From: Alphaproteobacteria bacterium
GTDB taxonomy: Bacteria; Pseudomonadota; Alphaproteobacteria; Bin95
Assembly (NCBI GenBank): GCA_020638555.1
Contig: JACKII010000003.1
Span: forward strand, 112,610 to 176,609
DNA: 64,000 nucleotides
Direction of reading: 5' to 3'
The notes beneath the pieces were generated by a model that did not search any database, was not told the DNA's origin, and worked only from the letters and a program-made list of their open reading frames with translations. Positions 31,742 to 43,943 of this stretch are shown here, one piece after another; within the stretch, counting starts at the first letter, position 1; each line of letters begins with the position of its first letter. Both the position numbers and the translations under genes were made by a program.

Positions 31742-32553
31742 GCCGGCCGCCACGGGTATTGGTCGTCGCGGGGTCGGATTCCGGCGGTGGCGCCGGCATC
31801 CAGGCCGATATCAAGACGCTGTCGGCGCTGGGCGCCTATGCCATGACCGCGGTGACCGCGATCACGGTACAGAACTCGCAGGGCGTCAGCGACGTGCACG
31901 CCATCCCGCCAGAGGTGGTGGCGGCCCAGATGCGCGCCTGCCTGGACGATATCGGCGCCGACGCCATCAAGCTCGGCATGTTGCATTCGGCGCCCCTGAT
32001 CCAGGCGGTAGCCGAAGTGCTGGCGGACCATGCCGCCATCCCGGTGATTGCCGATCCTGTGATGGTCGCCAAGGGCGGCGCGGCCCTGCTGCAATCGGAA
32101 GCGGTGGGCGCGCTGGCGGAGCACATCCTGCCCCGCGCGCATGTGATGACCCCCAACACCGAGGAGGCGGCCGTGCTGATCGGCGCCGCCGTCGCCGATA
32201 GGGCCGACCAGGAGCGGGCGGCCCGGGCGATGGTCGAGCGGTTCGGCGCCGCCGTCCTGCTGAAGGGCGGGCATCTGAGCGGAGCCGGCGTGCTCAACCT
32301 TTTGCTGCAACCGGGCGGCGCGGCGGAACGCTTCGTCTCGCCGCGGCTGGAGACCCGCCACACCCATGGCACCGGCTGCACGCTGGCCTCCGCCATCGCC
32401 GGCGGCGTCGCCCATGGCCTGTCGCTCGCCGATGCGGTCGGGCATGCCTGCCGCTTCGTCCATGCCGGCATCGCCAATGCTCCGGGTTTCGGGCAAGGTC
32501 ACGGGCCGATCGACCACCTTTCGACTCGATTCCGGCTGGAGTCGCGCGGTTGA
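31738..32553 (+). CDS. thiD: hydroxymethylpyrimidine/phosphomethylpyrimidine kinase
   Basis: 271 aa; ribokinase-like PfkB fold motifs ([32 protein letters not shown]); ATGA overlap with glmM. Confidence 0.9.
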
Positions 32554-32792
32554 ATCGGCGATAAGGAAATGAGGTAACAGGGAATGCACTCCCCCACGGC
32601 CACGCGATTTCCCATCGGGCACCAAGGACGGATGTTGAATTGTTTCCCGGTCAGACCCTTGCCGATTGTGACCGCCCGTGCTTTCCGGCGGCGCTCGCCG
32701 CTGCGCCTCGGGCGCACCCAATCGCCCCTCGGGCGCACGCCGCTGCCCCTGGGGCGTGTGCCATCGCGCCTTGTACCGTGCCGGACTGACCC

Positions 32793-33914
32793 GTGACGTC
32801 CGCTCCCAAAGCCGAGTGGAGCGCCGAGGGCGGCGCGCTGGCGGTGATCCTCTCGGGCGCGTGGACGACCGAGGCATTGGATCAAACCGGCTGGCCGGGA
32901 CCGGTGCCGGCAGAGGCCGCCGGCCAGACCGTCCGGGTCGATTTTCACGCCGTCGAGCCGCTGGACAGCAATGCGGCCCTGGCACTGTATCGCTGGATCG
33001 AACGCATCCGGCAGGTCGCCGCATCGGTCGACGTGCAGGGCGCACCCGAATTCTACGACCGGATTGCCGAGGCCTATCGCCTGCCCTCGGACGCAGCGCC
33101 GCCGCCGCGGCGCCGGTGGGGCGACTGGCTCGTCGATCTCGGCAAGCAGGCGGAAGCCGCGGTCGCCATCGTCCTGAACATGGTCGCGTTTCAGGGCCAG
33201 GTGACCGTCAGCCTGGTGCGGGCGCTGTTGCGGCCGCGGGATTTGCGCGGACGCTCCATCGTCTACCATATGCAGGCCGCGGGCGTTTCGGCGCTGCCGA
33301 TCGTCGGCCTGCTCAGCTTCCTGCTGGGCGTGGTCACCGCCTATCAGGGAGCCGACCAGCTCTCGCGCTTCGGCGCGCAGATCTACACGGTCAACGTGGT
33401 CGGCGTCGGCGTGCTGCGCGAGATGGGGGCATTGATCACGGCCATCGTCGTCGCCGGCCGCTCCGCCAGCGCGTTCGCGGCCCAGATCGGTACCATGAAG
33501 ATCAACGAGGAAATCGACGCCATGCGCGTGATCGGCCTCGACCCGATCATGCTGCTGGTGATCCCGCGCGTGCTGGCGCTGATGCTGATCTTCCCGTTCC
33601 TGGTGATCTTTGCCGATGCCGTGGGCGTGCTGGGCGGCGCCATCATGGCCACCTTCTCGCTCGACATCTCCTTCAGCCAGTTTACCCGCCAGTTCCATGC
33701 GGAGGTGTCGCTCTATCACTTTTGGGTCGGCATGGTGAAAGCGCCCCTGTTCGCCACCGCCATCGCCGCCATCGGCTGTCAACAGGGCCTGGAAGTCGGC
33801 CAGGGCGCGGCCTCCGTCGGCATTCGCACCACCGCGGCCGTGGTGCAGGCGCTGTTTTTCGTCATCGTGATCGACGCTATCATGTCGATTGTCTTCTCGG
33901 TCTTGGGAGTGTGA
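32793..33914 (+). CDS. mlaE: MlaE-family ABC permease with N-terminal STAS (MlaB-like) domain fusion
   Basis: GTG 32793; N-terminal about 110 aa soluble domain followed by MlaE/YrbE permease core (EIDAMRVIGLDP...). Confidence 0.8.
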   Translation: MTSAPKAEWSAEGGALAVILSGAWTTEALDQTGWPGPVPAEAAGQTVRVDFHAVEPLDSNAALALYRWIERIRQVAASVDVQGAPEFYDRIAEAYRLPSDAAPPPRRRWGDWLVDLGKQAEAAVAIVLNMVAFQGQVTVSLVRALLRPRDLRGRSIVYHMQAAGVSALPIVGLLSFLLGVVTAYQGADQLSRFGAQIYTVNVVGVGVLREMGALITAIVVAGRSASAFAAQIGTMKINEEIDAMRVIGLDPIMLLVIPRVLALMLIFPFLVIFADAVGVLGGAIMATFSLDISFSQFTRQFHAEVSLYHFWVGMVKAPLFATAIAAIGCQQGLEVGQGAASVGIRTTAAVVQALFFVIVIDAIMSIVFSVLGV

Positions 33915-33920
33915 GCGACC

Positions 33921-34733
33921 ATGGACCCGATTGAGCCCGCCTGGCAGGCGCAGACCGGCACCAACGAACCCGAGCCGCCGGCCGTGGAGGTGCGGGGCTT
34001 GCGCACCCAGTTCGGCACGCAGGTCATCCACGACAATCTCGACCTCGCCATCCGGCGCGGCGAGGTGTTCGGGCTGGTTGGCGGTTCCGGCACCGGCAAG
34101 TCGGTGCTGGTGCGCACCATTATCGGCCTGATCCGGCCGCGAGCCGGCGAAATCCGCGTGTTCGGCCAGGACACCCAGTCCGCCGGCGCCGCGGCCCAGG
34201 CCCTGCGCCGGCGCTGGGGCGTGATGTTCCAGGACGGCGCCCTGTTCAGCTCGCTGACCGTGGGCGAAAACATCGATGTGCCGCTGAAGGAGCACACCCG
34301 GCTCAAGGCCGCCGACCGACGGGAAATCGTCGCGCTGAAGCTGCGCCTCTCGGGCCTCGACCCGTCGGTGGAAAGCAAATACCCGTCGGAGCTTTCCGGC
34401 GGCATGCGCAAGCGGGCCGGTCTGGCGCGGGCATTGGCGCTCGACCCGCAGATCGTCTTTCTGGACGAGCCGACCGCCGGCCTCGACCCGATCGGCGCCG
34501 CCCATTTCGACGAACTGGTGCTGGAACTGCAATCGGCGCTGGGGCTGACCGTGGTGATGATCACCCACGACCTGGACAGCCTCTACACCGCCTGCAACCG
34601 CATCGGCGTGTTGCTGAACAAGCAGGCGATCTGCGGCACGATCCAGGAAATCCGGGCGCGGCCGGAACCCTGGATCCACGATTATTTCAACGGCCCGCGC
34701 GGCCGGGCGGCAGCCTATGCGGGAGCGGCATGA
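33921..34733 (+). CDS. mlaF: ABC transporter ATP-binding protein, MlaF-like
   Basis: 270 aa; Walker A GGSGTGKS, signature LSGGMRKR, Walker B IVFLDEPTAGLDP. Confidence 0.85.
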   Translation: MDPIEPAWQAQTGTNEPEPPAVEVRGLRTQFGTQVIHDNLDLAIRRGEVFGLVGGSGTGKSVLVRTIIGLIRPRAGEIRVFGQDTQSAGAAAQALRRRWGVMFQDGALFSSLTVGENIDVPLKEHTRLKAADRREIVALKLRLSGLDPSVESKYPSELSGGMRKRAGLARALALDPQIVFLDEPTAGLDPIGAAHFDELVLELQSALGLTVVMITHDLDSLYTACNRIGVLLNKQAICGTIQEIRARPEPWIHDYFNGPRGRAAAYAGAA

Positions 34734-35707
34734 TGGAAACGAGGGCAGGCTATCTTGCGGTCGGCAGCGCCGTCTTGATCTTGCTGGCGGCGGCCATCGG
34801 CTTCGTGCTGTGGATGGCGAAATACGACGGCAATGTGCAATACGACCGCTACTGGCTGTTCTTCACCGATTCGGTCGTCGGCCTGAAAACCGGCAGCACG
34901 GTGTCCTATCGCGGCATCGCGGTCGGCCAGGTGATCGACCTGCGCATCGACCCGCACAATGCGGAACAGGTCCGCGCCACCATCGAGGTGCTGAACTCGA
35001 CGCCGGTGAAGTCCAGCACCGTTGCGAGCCTGGAATTGCAGGGGCTGACCGGTGGCTCGATGATCCTGCTTTCGGGGGGCTCCAAGAGCGACCCGCCGCT
35101 GAAGACGGCCCCCGACGACGACTATCCGGTGATCGGCACCAAGCCCTCGCAACTCGAACGCCTGTTCGAGGGGGCGCCGGCTCTGGTCGAACGGGTGGAT
35201 ACGCTGGTGAGCCGGGCCTCCCTGTTGCTGAGCGACGACAACCGGCGCGCCGTGTCCACCATTCTGGCCAATATGGCGGCGCTCTCCGACGACCTGAAAG
35301 CGGCGGGGCCGGGCGTGCGCGAGCTGATCGCCCGGACCACCACCACGGTCGCGGACGTGGATCGGATCGTCACCGAATCGGAAGACGATATCAAAACCGC
35401 CCTCGCCGCCACCGCCAAGACCATGCAGGCGGCCGAGCCCGTACTGGCGGAGGCGGAAAAAACCTTTGCGGCGTTCAAGGATGCCGGCACGAGCGTCAGC
35501 ACCACCACGAACACGCTGAACGCGATGCTTCAGGAAAACCGCCGGCCGATACGGGATTTCACCCATGTCACTCTGTACGATATGAATGCCTTTATCGCCG
35601 ACCTTCGCGAACTGGTGGGGTCGTTGCGACGCGTCGCCAACGAGCTGGGTCGCGACCCGGCCGGCTTCCTCTTCGGAAATCAGCAGAAGGGCTATGAAGC
35701 AAGATAA
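34730..35707 (+). CDS. mlaD: MCE-family substrate-binding protein, MlaD-like
   Basis: 325 aa; N-terminal TM anchor then MCE domain (TGSTVSYRGIAVGQVIDL); ATGA overlap. Confidence 0.8.
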   Translation: MMETRAGYLAVGSAVLILLAAAIGFVLWMAKYDGNVQYDRYWLFFTDSVVGLKTGSTVSYRGIAVGQVIDLRIDPHNAEQVRATIEVLNSTPVKSSTVASLELQGLTGGSMILLSGGSKSDPPLKTAPDDDYPVIGTKPSQLERLFEGAPALVERVDTLVSRASLLLSDDNRRAVSTILANMAALSDDLKAAGPGVRELIARTTTTVADVDRIVTESEDDIKTALAATAKTMQAAEPVLAEAEKTFAAFKDAGTSVSTTTNTLNAMLQENRRPIRDFTHVTLYDMNAFIADLRELVGSLRRVANELGRDPAGFLFGNQQKGYEAR

Positions 35708-36440
35708 CCCCCTCTTCCGCCGCCGCGCGCTTCTGGCCACCGGCCTGGGCGCGCTGGCGCTCGCCGGCTGCGAATCGCTCCTGCCCGGTCAGGGGCCGCC
35801 GCCGCGGCTCTATCGCCTGACGCCGAAAACCACCTATCCGGACCTGCCCCGGGTTGCCTGGCAGCTGGTGGTGGAACCGCCGGCGGCCCAGGCGAGCATC
35901 GACACGCCGCGCATCGGCCTGATGCTGTCGCCGGTGCGGTTCGACTACTACGCCCAGGCCAACTGGGTCGACCGGGCGCCGCTGATGGTGCAGTCGCTGA
36001 TCATCGAATCCTTCGACAACAGCCATGCCATCGTCGCCGTCGGCCGCGAATCCATCGGTCTGCGCCCGGACTATGTGCTGAAAAGCGAACTCCGGGAATT
36101 CCAGGCGGAATCCCTGGACGACCGGCACATCGTCAACGTGGCGCTGCACTTCAAGCTGGTGCAGATGCCCGAACGGGTGATCGTCGCCTCGGCTGCGTTC
36201 GGCAAGGTCGTGGAGGCGCCGCTCGACCAGATGGGGCCGGTGATCGAAGCCTTCGACGAGGCCTTGGGCAAGGTGCTGAAGGACGTGGTGGTCTGGACCC
36301 TGACCGAAGGGCAGAAGGCCGAAGCCCTGCGCCGCAAGGGCCTGCAACGGCCGGACTCGACCGGCGCATCCCTCAGCCGCCCGCCCCTCAGCCGCTCGAC
36401 CGGCACGGCACGGCCGATCCAGCGGCTAGCGCGGCCGTAG
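35694..36440 (+). CDS. ABC-type transport auxiliary lipoprotein (DUF330/YmbA-like)
   Basis: ATG 35694 within track ORF 35586..36440; lipobox LAGC; typical position after MCE gene. Confidence 0.6.
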   Translation: MKQDNPLFRRRALLATGLGALALAGCESLLPGQGPPPRLYRLTPKTTYPDLPRVAWQLVVEPPAAQASIDTPRIGLMLSPVRFDYYAQANWVDRAPLMVQSLIIESFDNSHAIVAVGRESIGLRPDYVLKSELREFQAESLDDRHIVNVALHFKLVQMPERVIVASAAFGKVVEAPLDQMGPVIEAFDEALGKVLKDVVVWTLTEGQKAEALRRKGLQRPDSTGASLSRPPLSRSTGTARPIQRLARP

Positions 36441-37142
36441 GCGCGCCAGGTCGGCCAGCACCGGCATGGCGGTCAGGGCATCGGCGGGCAGAGCGGCCCA
36501 GTCGATGCCGGACGGCGGCGGCAGCGGCTCGGCCACGGCGATCAGCCGGGTCGGCGTCGCGATCAGCGAGACCGGCTGGTCGTGGCCAGCGATGGGGAAA
36601 TCCTCGACCACCTGCACGTCGTGCACCGTCGTCGCGACGGCCGCCGGCGCATGGCCGAGTTCGCGCAGAATCGCAAACTCCAGATCGCTGTACCCGGCCC
36701 CCTTGCCGGCACGCTTGCCCGCCGGCGTGACCGCGACGCAGCCGGTCACGATGGCATCGAACCGCGGCAGGTCCCCCAGCGCCATCGGCGTCGCGAACCG
36801 CTCCCACGCCGCGCGTGCGGCGGCCTGCCAGGCCAGTTCCGCGGGGATGGTCGCCGGATCCAGGAGCATGAAACCGCCGGCGAGCCGCGGCGTCGGCACA
36901 TAGACCTCGATGCCCCGGCGCAGCGCCTCGGCCCGCACATGCCGTTGCGGGCTGTCGGGGTTGACCTTGATGCGGCGGGCCCCTGCCAGCAAGGGCGACC
37001 GGAACAGCATGGCGGCCGCCTCGCGCGCGCCCTTGAAGTTCGGGATGCGGCCGCGGGGTGGAAACGGATAGGCGGCCAACCCCTCGGATTCCAGCCGAGT
37101 CCACACATGGTCGCGGGCGCTGGCCTTGCTGTCGAAGCGCAT
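36426..37142 (-). CDS. 5-formyltetrahydrofolate cyclo-ligase family protein
   Basis: 238 aa; family motifs (GKGAGYSD near C-terminal half, NFKGA region). Confidence 0.7.
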   Translation of the reverse strand: MRFDSKASARDHVWTRLESEGLAAYPFPPRGRIPNFKGAREAAAMLFRSPLLAGARRIKVNPDSPQRHVRAEALRRGIEVYVPTPRLAGGFMLLDPATIPAELAWQAAARAAWERFATPMALGDLPRFDAIVTGCVAVTPAGKRAGKGAGYSDLEFAILRELGHAPAAVATTVHDVQVVEDFPIAGHDQPVSLIATPTRLIAVAEPLPPPSGIDWAALPADALTAMPVLADLARLRPR

Positions 37143-37199
37143 GGAGACGCCTTCCGGCTGCGATAAAATGGCCTTTCTTTCTGAGGCGTCTGCAAGGCG

Positions 37200-37228
37200 T
37201 TGACAAGGTGCGATCAGACCTTTAACAA
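37200..37228 (+). promoter_or_regulatory. candidate sigma70-like promoter for tRNA-Leu
   Basis: TTGACA at about 37200-37205 followed after 15-17 nt by TTTAAC/TAACAA; about 60 nt upstream of tRNA. Confidence 0.2.
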
Positions 37229-37287
37229 CGCGCTCCTACCCCGCACTGCAGCGGTCGCCGACGGCGCCGCAGCGGTTCAGCCCAAAT

Positions 37288-37374
37288 GCCCAGGTGGCGG
37301 AATTGGTAGACGCGCAGGTTTCAGGTACCTGTGGCCGCAAGGCCGTGGAAGTTCGAGTCTTCTCCTGGGCACCA
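37288..37374 (+). tRNA. tRNA-Leu (anticodon CAG)
   Basis: GCCCAGG...CCTGGGCACCA acceptor stem, long variable arm, anticodon loop TTCAGGT, encoded CCA. Confidence 0.9.
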
Positions 37375-37609
37375 AGCTTCGGCTAAGCCGTTGATCCACA
37401 ACAAATCCAGCCCGATCAAGGGCCTGTGCCTCACCAACTGGTACACATTGGTGGGACGCAAACGATTCTGTTGCGGGTTGTTCGTCCGATGAAGCGACGC
37501 GAGGGCGCTGTCACGTTAACGACGGCAAGCCCAGAGGAAGACCCATTCCCAACTGCTCAGGCCATGACGGCGTCCCGCCAGCCGGCATGCGCTACGACGC
37601 GGACCGACT

Positions 37610-37933
37610 TCAGGGTTCGGCGGGAAATCCGCGAAATCTGACGGCGTTGCTGGTTGAACAGGTTGTAGACGGCGGGATGGATCGAGAGGAATTGTTGCGC
37701 CGGGCCGGGCGATCGAAATCCTCGTCGTTGCCGCTCCCGCTCTCGTGTCGGTCGATGCGAGACCTCAGCCCGGTTGTTGGAACGGCTGCCCGTGACGTGG
37801 CGGTCGCTGGGTCGCTGAGGCCCAGGTCGCCCAGCGCGGCGCCATTGGATCGAAGCCGGTCAGTCACGATTTCGTCTGAGACACAGCCCTGCCGCTTCAG
37901 CGGTATCCGCAACAGCTTGAGCGCGGCTTTCAT
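37610..37933 (-). pseudogene. IS6-family transposase internal fragment (degenerate)
   Basis: Translation MKAALKLLRIPLKRQGCVSDEIVTDRLRSNGAALGDLGL aligns by eye with the IS6/IS26 Tnp region AAKRFLGKALRGLKHWEKPATLNTDKAPSYGAAITELK; no intact N- or C-terminus, neighbouring frames broken. Confidence 0.5.
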
Positions 37934-38002
37934 GGCGCGGCGCGACTGGATGATGATGGCGGCTAATTGGAGTTGGAAATCAGCGATATCGCATCAAAAT
38001 AC

Positions 38003-38091
38003 TGGCGGAGAGGGAGGATTCGAACCCTCGAAGGACTTGCGCCCTTAACGGTTTTCGAGACCGCCCCGTTCAACCACTCCGGCACCTCTCC
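38003..38091 (-). tRNA. tRNA-Ser (anticodon CGA)
   Basis: Minus-strand GGAGAGGTGCCGGAGTGGTTGAACGGGGCGGTCTCGAAAACCGTTAAGGGCGCAAGTCCTTCGAGGGTTCGAATCCTCCCTCTCCGCCA; 7-bp acceptor stem, long variable arm, anticodon loop CTCGAAA. Confidence 0.85.
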
Positions 38092-38122
38092 GCGCCCCAA
38101 CGGCCGGGCCTTATAGCCTCGG

Positions 38123-38365
38123 GTGGGCGTCGAGGAAAGCAAAAAATTCGGGCGCCGGTCGCACTTCCTCCGACGCAGGAGTCGCATGCGAATATTCCAT
38201 GCGGATTTGCAGGGTGAGGCGGTGCCCGAAAACCTCGCCACACTCCGCGGCATCACCCTCAATCTCCTCCAAACCGCAAGGCCAAAGCTCCCCATCAGCC
38301 GAAAGCGAAAACGCGCAGGATGGTCCGACGACTTCGCCAAATCCATCATCGGCCAAATGCGATAG
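38123..38365 (+). pseudogene. ISAs1-family (H-repeat/YhhI-type) transposase C-terminal fragment
   Basis: Translation ...EAVPENLATLRGITLNLLQTARPKLPISRKRKRAGWSDDFAKSIIGQMR matches the conserved C-terminus of ISAs1 transposases (NAAELF..IRH.AINIL....[22 protein letters not shown]); stop immediately upstream, overlaps tRNA-Ser 5' side. Confidence 0.55.
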
Positions 38366-38543
38366 CCCTGACGGCCCCTGCTGCAGGGGTTGACAGAAAC
38401 GGCACATTCATTATTGTCCTCGCTTCGCTTTCAGGGCGAGCTCTCTGACGAAACCCGCAGGTTAACCGAACCGCGCCCGGGTTGGCGGCCAAGTCCAGTA
38501 CGATGGCGGCTCCAGGCGCGAAGCGGAACGGAATTGTTCGAAC

Positions 38544-38855
38544 ATGTACGCAGTCATTCGCACGGGCGGCAAACAGTATCGCGTCGCCAAAGACGATGTC
38601 ATCACGGTTGAGCGCCTGCCGGGCGATGCCGGCAACGAGGTGACGCTCGATCAGGTCCTCATGCTCTCCGGCGATGCCGGGGTGCGCGTCGGCGCACCCA
38701 CGGTCGACGGCGCCAGCGTCAAGGCCGAGATCGTCGAGCAGAGCCGCGGCGACAAGGTCATCATCTTCAAAAAGCGCCGGCGGCAGAAGTCGCGCACGAA
38801 GAACGGCCACCGCCAGTTGCACTCGGTCCTCAAAATCACGGCGATCGACGGCTAG
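38544..38855 (+). CDS. rplU: 50S ribosomal protein L21
   Basis: [14 protein letters not shown]... canonical L21. Confidence 0.95.
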   Translation: MYAVIRTGGKQYRVAKDDVITVERLPGDAGNEVTLDQVLMLSGDAGVRVGAPTVDGASVKAEIVEQSRGDKVIIFKKRRRQKSRTKNGHRQLHSVLKITAIDG

Positions 38856-38893
38856 TCGCATCCCCGGTCAGTCTTTCCTCAGGAGACAGAGCC

Positions 38894-39184
38894 ATGGCTC
38901 ATAAAAAGGCAGGCGGCTCCTCGCGCAACGGCCGCGACAGCGAAGGCCGGCGCCTGGGCGTCAAGAAGTTCGGCGGCGAACTGGTCATTCCGGGCAATAT
39001 CCTGGTCCGCCAGCGCGGCACGAAATTCCATGCGGGCGACAATGTCGGCATGGGCAAGGATCACACCCTGTTCGCCAAGACCGAAGGCCATGTGTCGTTT
39101 GTGCGCAAGCGCGGCGACCGGGCGTTCGTCAGCGTTCTGCCCATTGGCGCGGCCCAGGCCGCCGCCGTGGACGGCGACGACTAA
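38894..39184 (+). CDS. rpmA: 50S ribosomal protein L27
   Basis: [28 protein letters not shown] canonical L27; short C-terminal extension. Confidence 0.95.
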   Translation: MAHKKAGGSSRNGRDSEGRRLGVKKFGGELVIPGNILVRQRGTKFHAGDNVGMGKDHTLFAKTEGHVSFVRKRGDRAFVSVLPIGAAQAAAVDGDD

Positions 39185-39228
39185 CGGCAAACGGTCTCGG
39201 GGCCGCCCGGCGGCCCCCGCTCCTGTAG

Positions 39229-41476
<2,248 letters not shown>

Positions 41477-41480
<4 letters not shown>

Positions 41481-42775
41481 CCCAACAGACTGCCAGCGGC
41501 CAGACCGGCATGAGCGAGACCGACGCCGACGCACTGCTCGCCGGGATCGGCGCCAGGGCCCGCGCCGCCACGGCCGCACTCGGCAAGGCCAGCGCTGCGG
41601 CCAAGGCTCAAGGCCTGCACGAAGCGGCCGAACGGGTGCGCAGCGCTGGCAACGCCCTGCTCGACGCCAATGCCGGCGACTGCGCCCTGGCCGAGAAGAA
41701 CGGCATTTCTGCCGCCTTCCTCGACCGGCTGCGCCTGACGCCGGACCGGATCGAAGGCATTGCCGGCGGGCTGGACGCCGTCGCGGACCGGCCCGACCCG
41801 GTGGGCATGGTCGACCAGGCCTGGACGCCGGCGAACGGCCTCAATATCAGCCGCGTGCGGGTGCCGCTGGGCGTGATCGGCGTCATTTACGAGAGCCGGC
41901 CGAACGTCACGGCGGACGCCGGCGGCCTCTGCGTCAAGGCCGGCAATGCGGCGGTGCTGCGCGGCGGCTCCGACAGTTTTGCCACCTCCGGCCTGCTGGT
42001 GGATTGCCTTCAGGACGGGTTCGCCGCCGCCGGCCTGCCCCGCGACGCAGTGCAGCGCGTGCCCACCAAGGACCGGGCCGCCGTCGGCGCCATGCTGCGC
42101 GCCCGCGGCCTGATCGACGTGATCGTGCCCCGCGGCGGCGCCAGCCTGACCGAACGCGTGTTCCGCGAGGCGCGCATGCCGGTGATCGGCCATCTGGAAG
42201 GGCTCTGCCACCTTTATATCGACGCCGCGGCCGACCTGGGCATGGCGCGCGCCATCACCGTCAACGCCAAGATGCGCCGCACCGGCATTTGCGGCGCGGC
42301 CGAGACGCTGCTGGTCGACCGGCGTGCGGCCAGCACCCATCTACAACCATTGATTGCCGACCTGCTCGCGGCCGGTTGCGCCGTGCGCGGCGACGAGAGC
42401 GCCCAGGCCGCCGACCCGCGGGTGACGCCGGCGGTGGAAAGCGACTGGCGCACGGAATATCTGGACGCGATCATCGCGGTCCGCATCGTCGACGGCGTCG
42501 ACGGGGCGATGGAGCACATCAACACCTACGGCTCGCACCACACCGATTCGATCGTCACCGGCGACCCGGCCACGGCGGAGCGCTTCCTGGCCGAGGTGGA
42601 CAGCGCCATCGTGCTGCACAACGCCTCGACCCAGTTCGCCGACGGCGGCGAGTTCGGGTTCGGCGCCGAGATCGGCATTTCCACCGACCGCTTCCACGCC
42701 CGCGGCCCGGTCGGCGCCGACCAGCTCACCAGCTACAAATACGTGGTGCGCGGCCACGGCGAAACCCGGCCGTGA
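41477..42775 (+). CDS. proA: gamma-glutamyl phosphate reductase
   Basis: 432 aa aldehyde dehydrogenase-like; ATGA overlap with proB. Confidence 0.95.
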
Positions 42776-42794
42776 AGCCGACCATGAAGAAGGA

Positions 42795-43451
42795 ATGGGG
42801 GTGAGCCTTTCCACCGCCACACCGCCCCTGCTCTATGGCCTGGGCCGCGCCAATGGCGGCCGCATCGGCCTGCTTGGCGGCTCGTTCAACCCGGCGCACG
42901 AGGGGCATTTGCACATTTCGCGCCTGGCGCTGCAATACCTGCGGCTGGACGCGGTCTGGTGGCTGGTCTCGCCGCAGAATCCGCTGAAATCCGCGGCGGA
43001 CATGGCCCCGTTCGCTGCCCGGTTCGCCTCGGCGAAGGCCATGGCCCGGCATCCGCGCATCGCCCCCACCGACCTGGAAACCCGGTTCGGCACACGCTAC
43101 ACCGCCGACACGCTGGCCGCACTTCGCCGGGCCTTTCCGGGCACCCGCTTCGTCTGGCTGATGGGGGCGGACAATCTGATCCAGCTGCCGCGCTGGGCCC
43201 GGTGGCAGACCATCGCCGCGACGGTTCCCATTGCAGTCTGGGGCCGGCCCACCTATTCTATGCGGGCGATGCTAGGCAAAGCCGCACAGCGCTATGCGCG
43301 CAACCGTGTTCCCCTGGAGGCGGCGGGCCAATTGGCCCTGAGTGAGCCGCCTGCCTGGACGTTTTTACCCATCCGGCTGCATTCCGCTTCCGCCACGGCG
43401 CTTCGCCGGGCCGGACGGTCGCCAGCCCTCAGCGGAGGACCCAACCGATAA
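42795..43451 (+). CDS. nadD: nicotinate-nucleotide adenylyltransferase
   Basis: GGSFNPAHEGHL (H/T-x-G-H nucleotidyltransferase motif). Confidence 0.9.
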   Translation: MGVSLSTATPPLLYGLGRANGGRIGLLGGSFNPAHEGHLHISRLALQYLRLDAVWWLVSPQNPLKSAADMAPFAARFASAKAMARHPRIAPTDLETRFGTRYTADTLAALRRAFPGTRFVWLMGADNLIQLPRWARWQTIAATVPIAVWGRPTYSMRAMLGKAAQRYARNRVPLEAAGQLALSEPPAWTFLPIRLHSASATALRRAGRSPALSGGPNR

Positions 43452-43579
43452 TCCCCGACCCCGAACCTCCCAGTCGCCCGACTGCGAGTCCCGCCGTCGA
43501 CTTCCTGCCCGCCCAACGCGCGCGGAAGCCCAAGGCAAAGCAAGCGGCCGCCGACCGGCTGCGCGACCTGATCCTGCAC

Positions 43580-43900
43580 GTGCTGGACGAGCACAAGGCA
43601 GAGGACGTCGTCACCGTCGACCTGGCCGGCAAGAGCCCGATGGCCGACTATATGATCGTCGCCAACGGCCGCTCCCAACGCCAGGTCCAGGCCCTGGCCG
43701 ACTATGTCGCCCGTGCGGTGAAGGAAAGCGCCGGCGCGCCCAAGGTGGAAGGCCTCGCCCAGGGCGACTGGGTGCTGATCGACACCGGCGACGTGCTCGT
43801 GCACCTGTTCCGCCCGGAAGTGCGCGAGTTCTACAACATCGAAGCCATGTGGACCGCATCGCCGGCCGGCGCCCGGACAGCAGGCTCCTCCGTCTCCTGA
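43580..43900 (+). CDS. rsfS: ribosomal silencing factor RsfS (Iojap)
   Basis: GTG 43580; ...LILHVLDEHKAEDVVTVDLAGKSPMADYMIVANGRSQRQVQALAD; open in-frame upstream to stop at about 43343 without a canonical start, so true N-terminus may be longer. Confidence 0.85.
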   Translation: MLDEHKAEDVVTVDLAGKSPMADYMIVANGRSQRQVQALADYVARAVKESAGAPKVEGLAQGDWVLIDTGDVLVHLFRPEVREFYNIEAMWTASPAGARTAGSSVS

Positions 43901-43943
43901 TCGCGAGCCGCCGGGGCCCGCGCACCCGAAAAGGGCCGGTGCC

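Noticed and set aside
37143-37287. 6S RNA (ssrS) upstream of the 5-formyltetrahydrofolate cyclo-ligase gene, as in E. coli ssrS-ygfA
   Set aside because: Only about 145 bp separate the cyclo-ligase start from tRNA-Leu on the opposite strand. That is too short for a 6S RNA, and no 6S-like central bubble structure is evident by eye.
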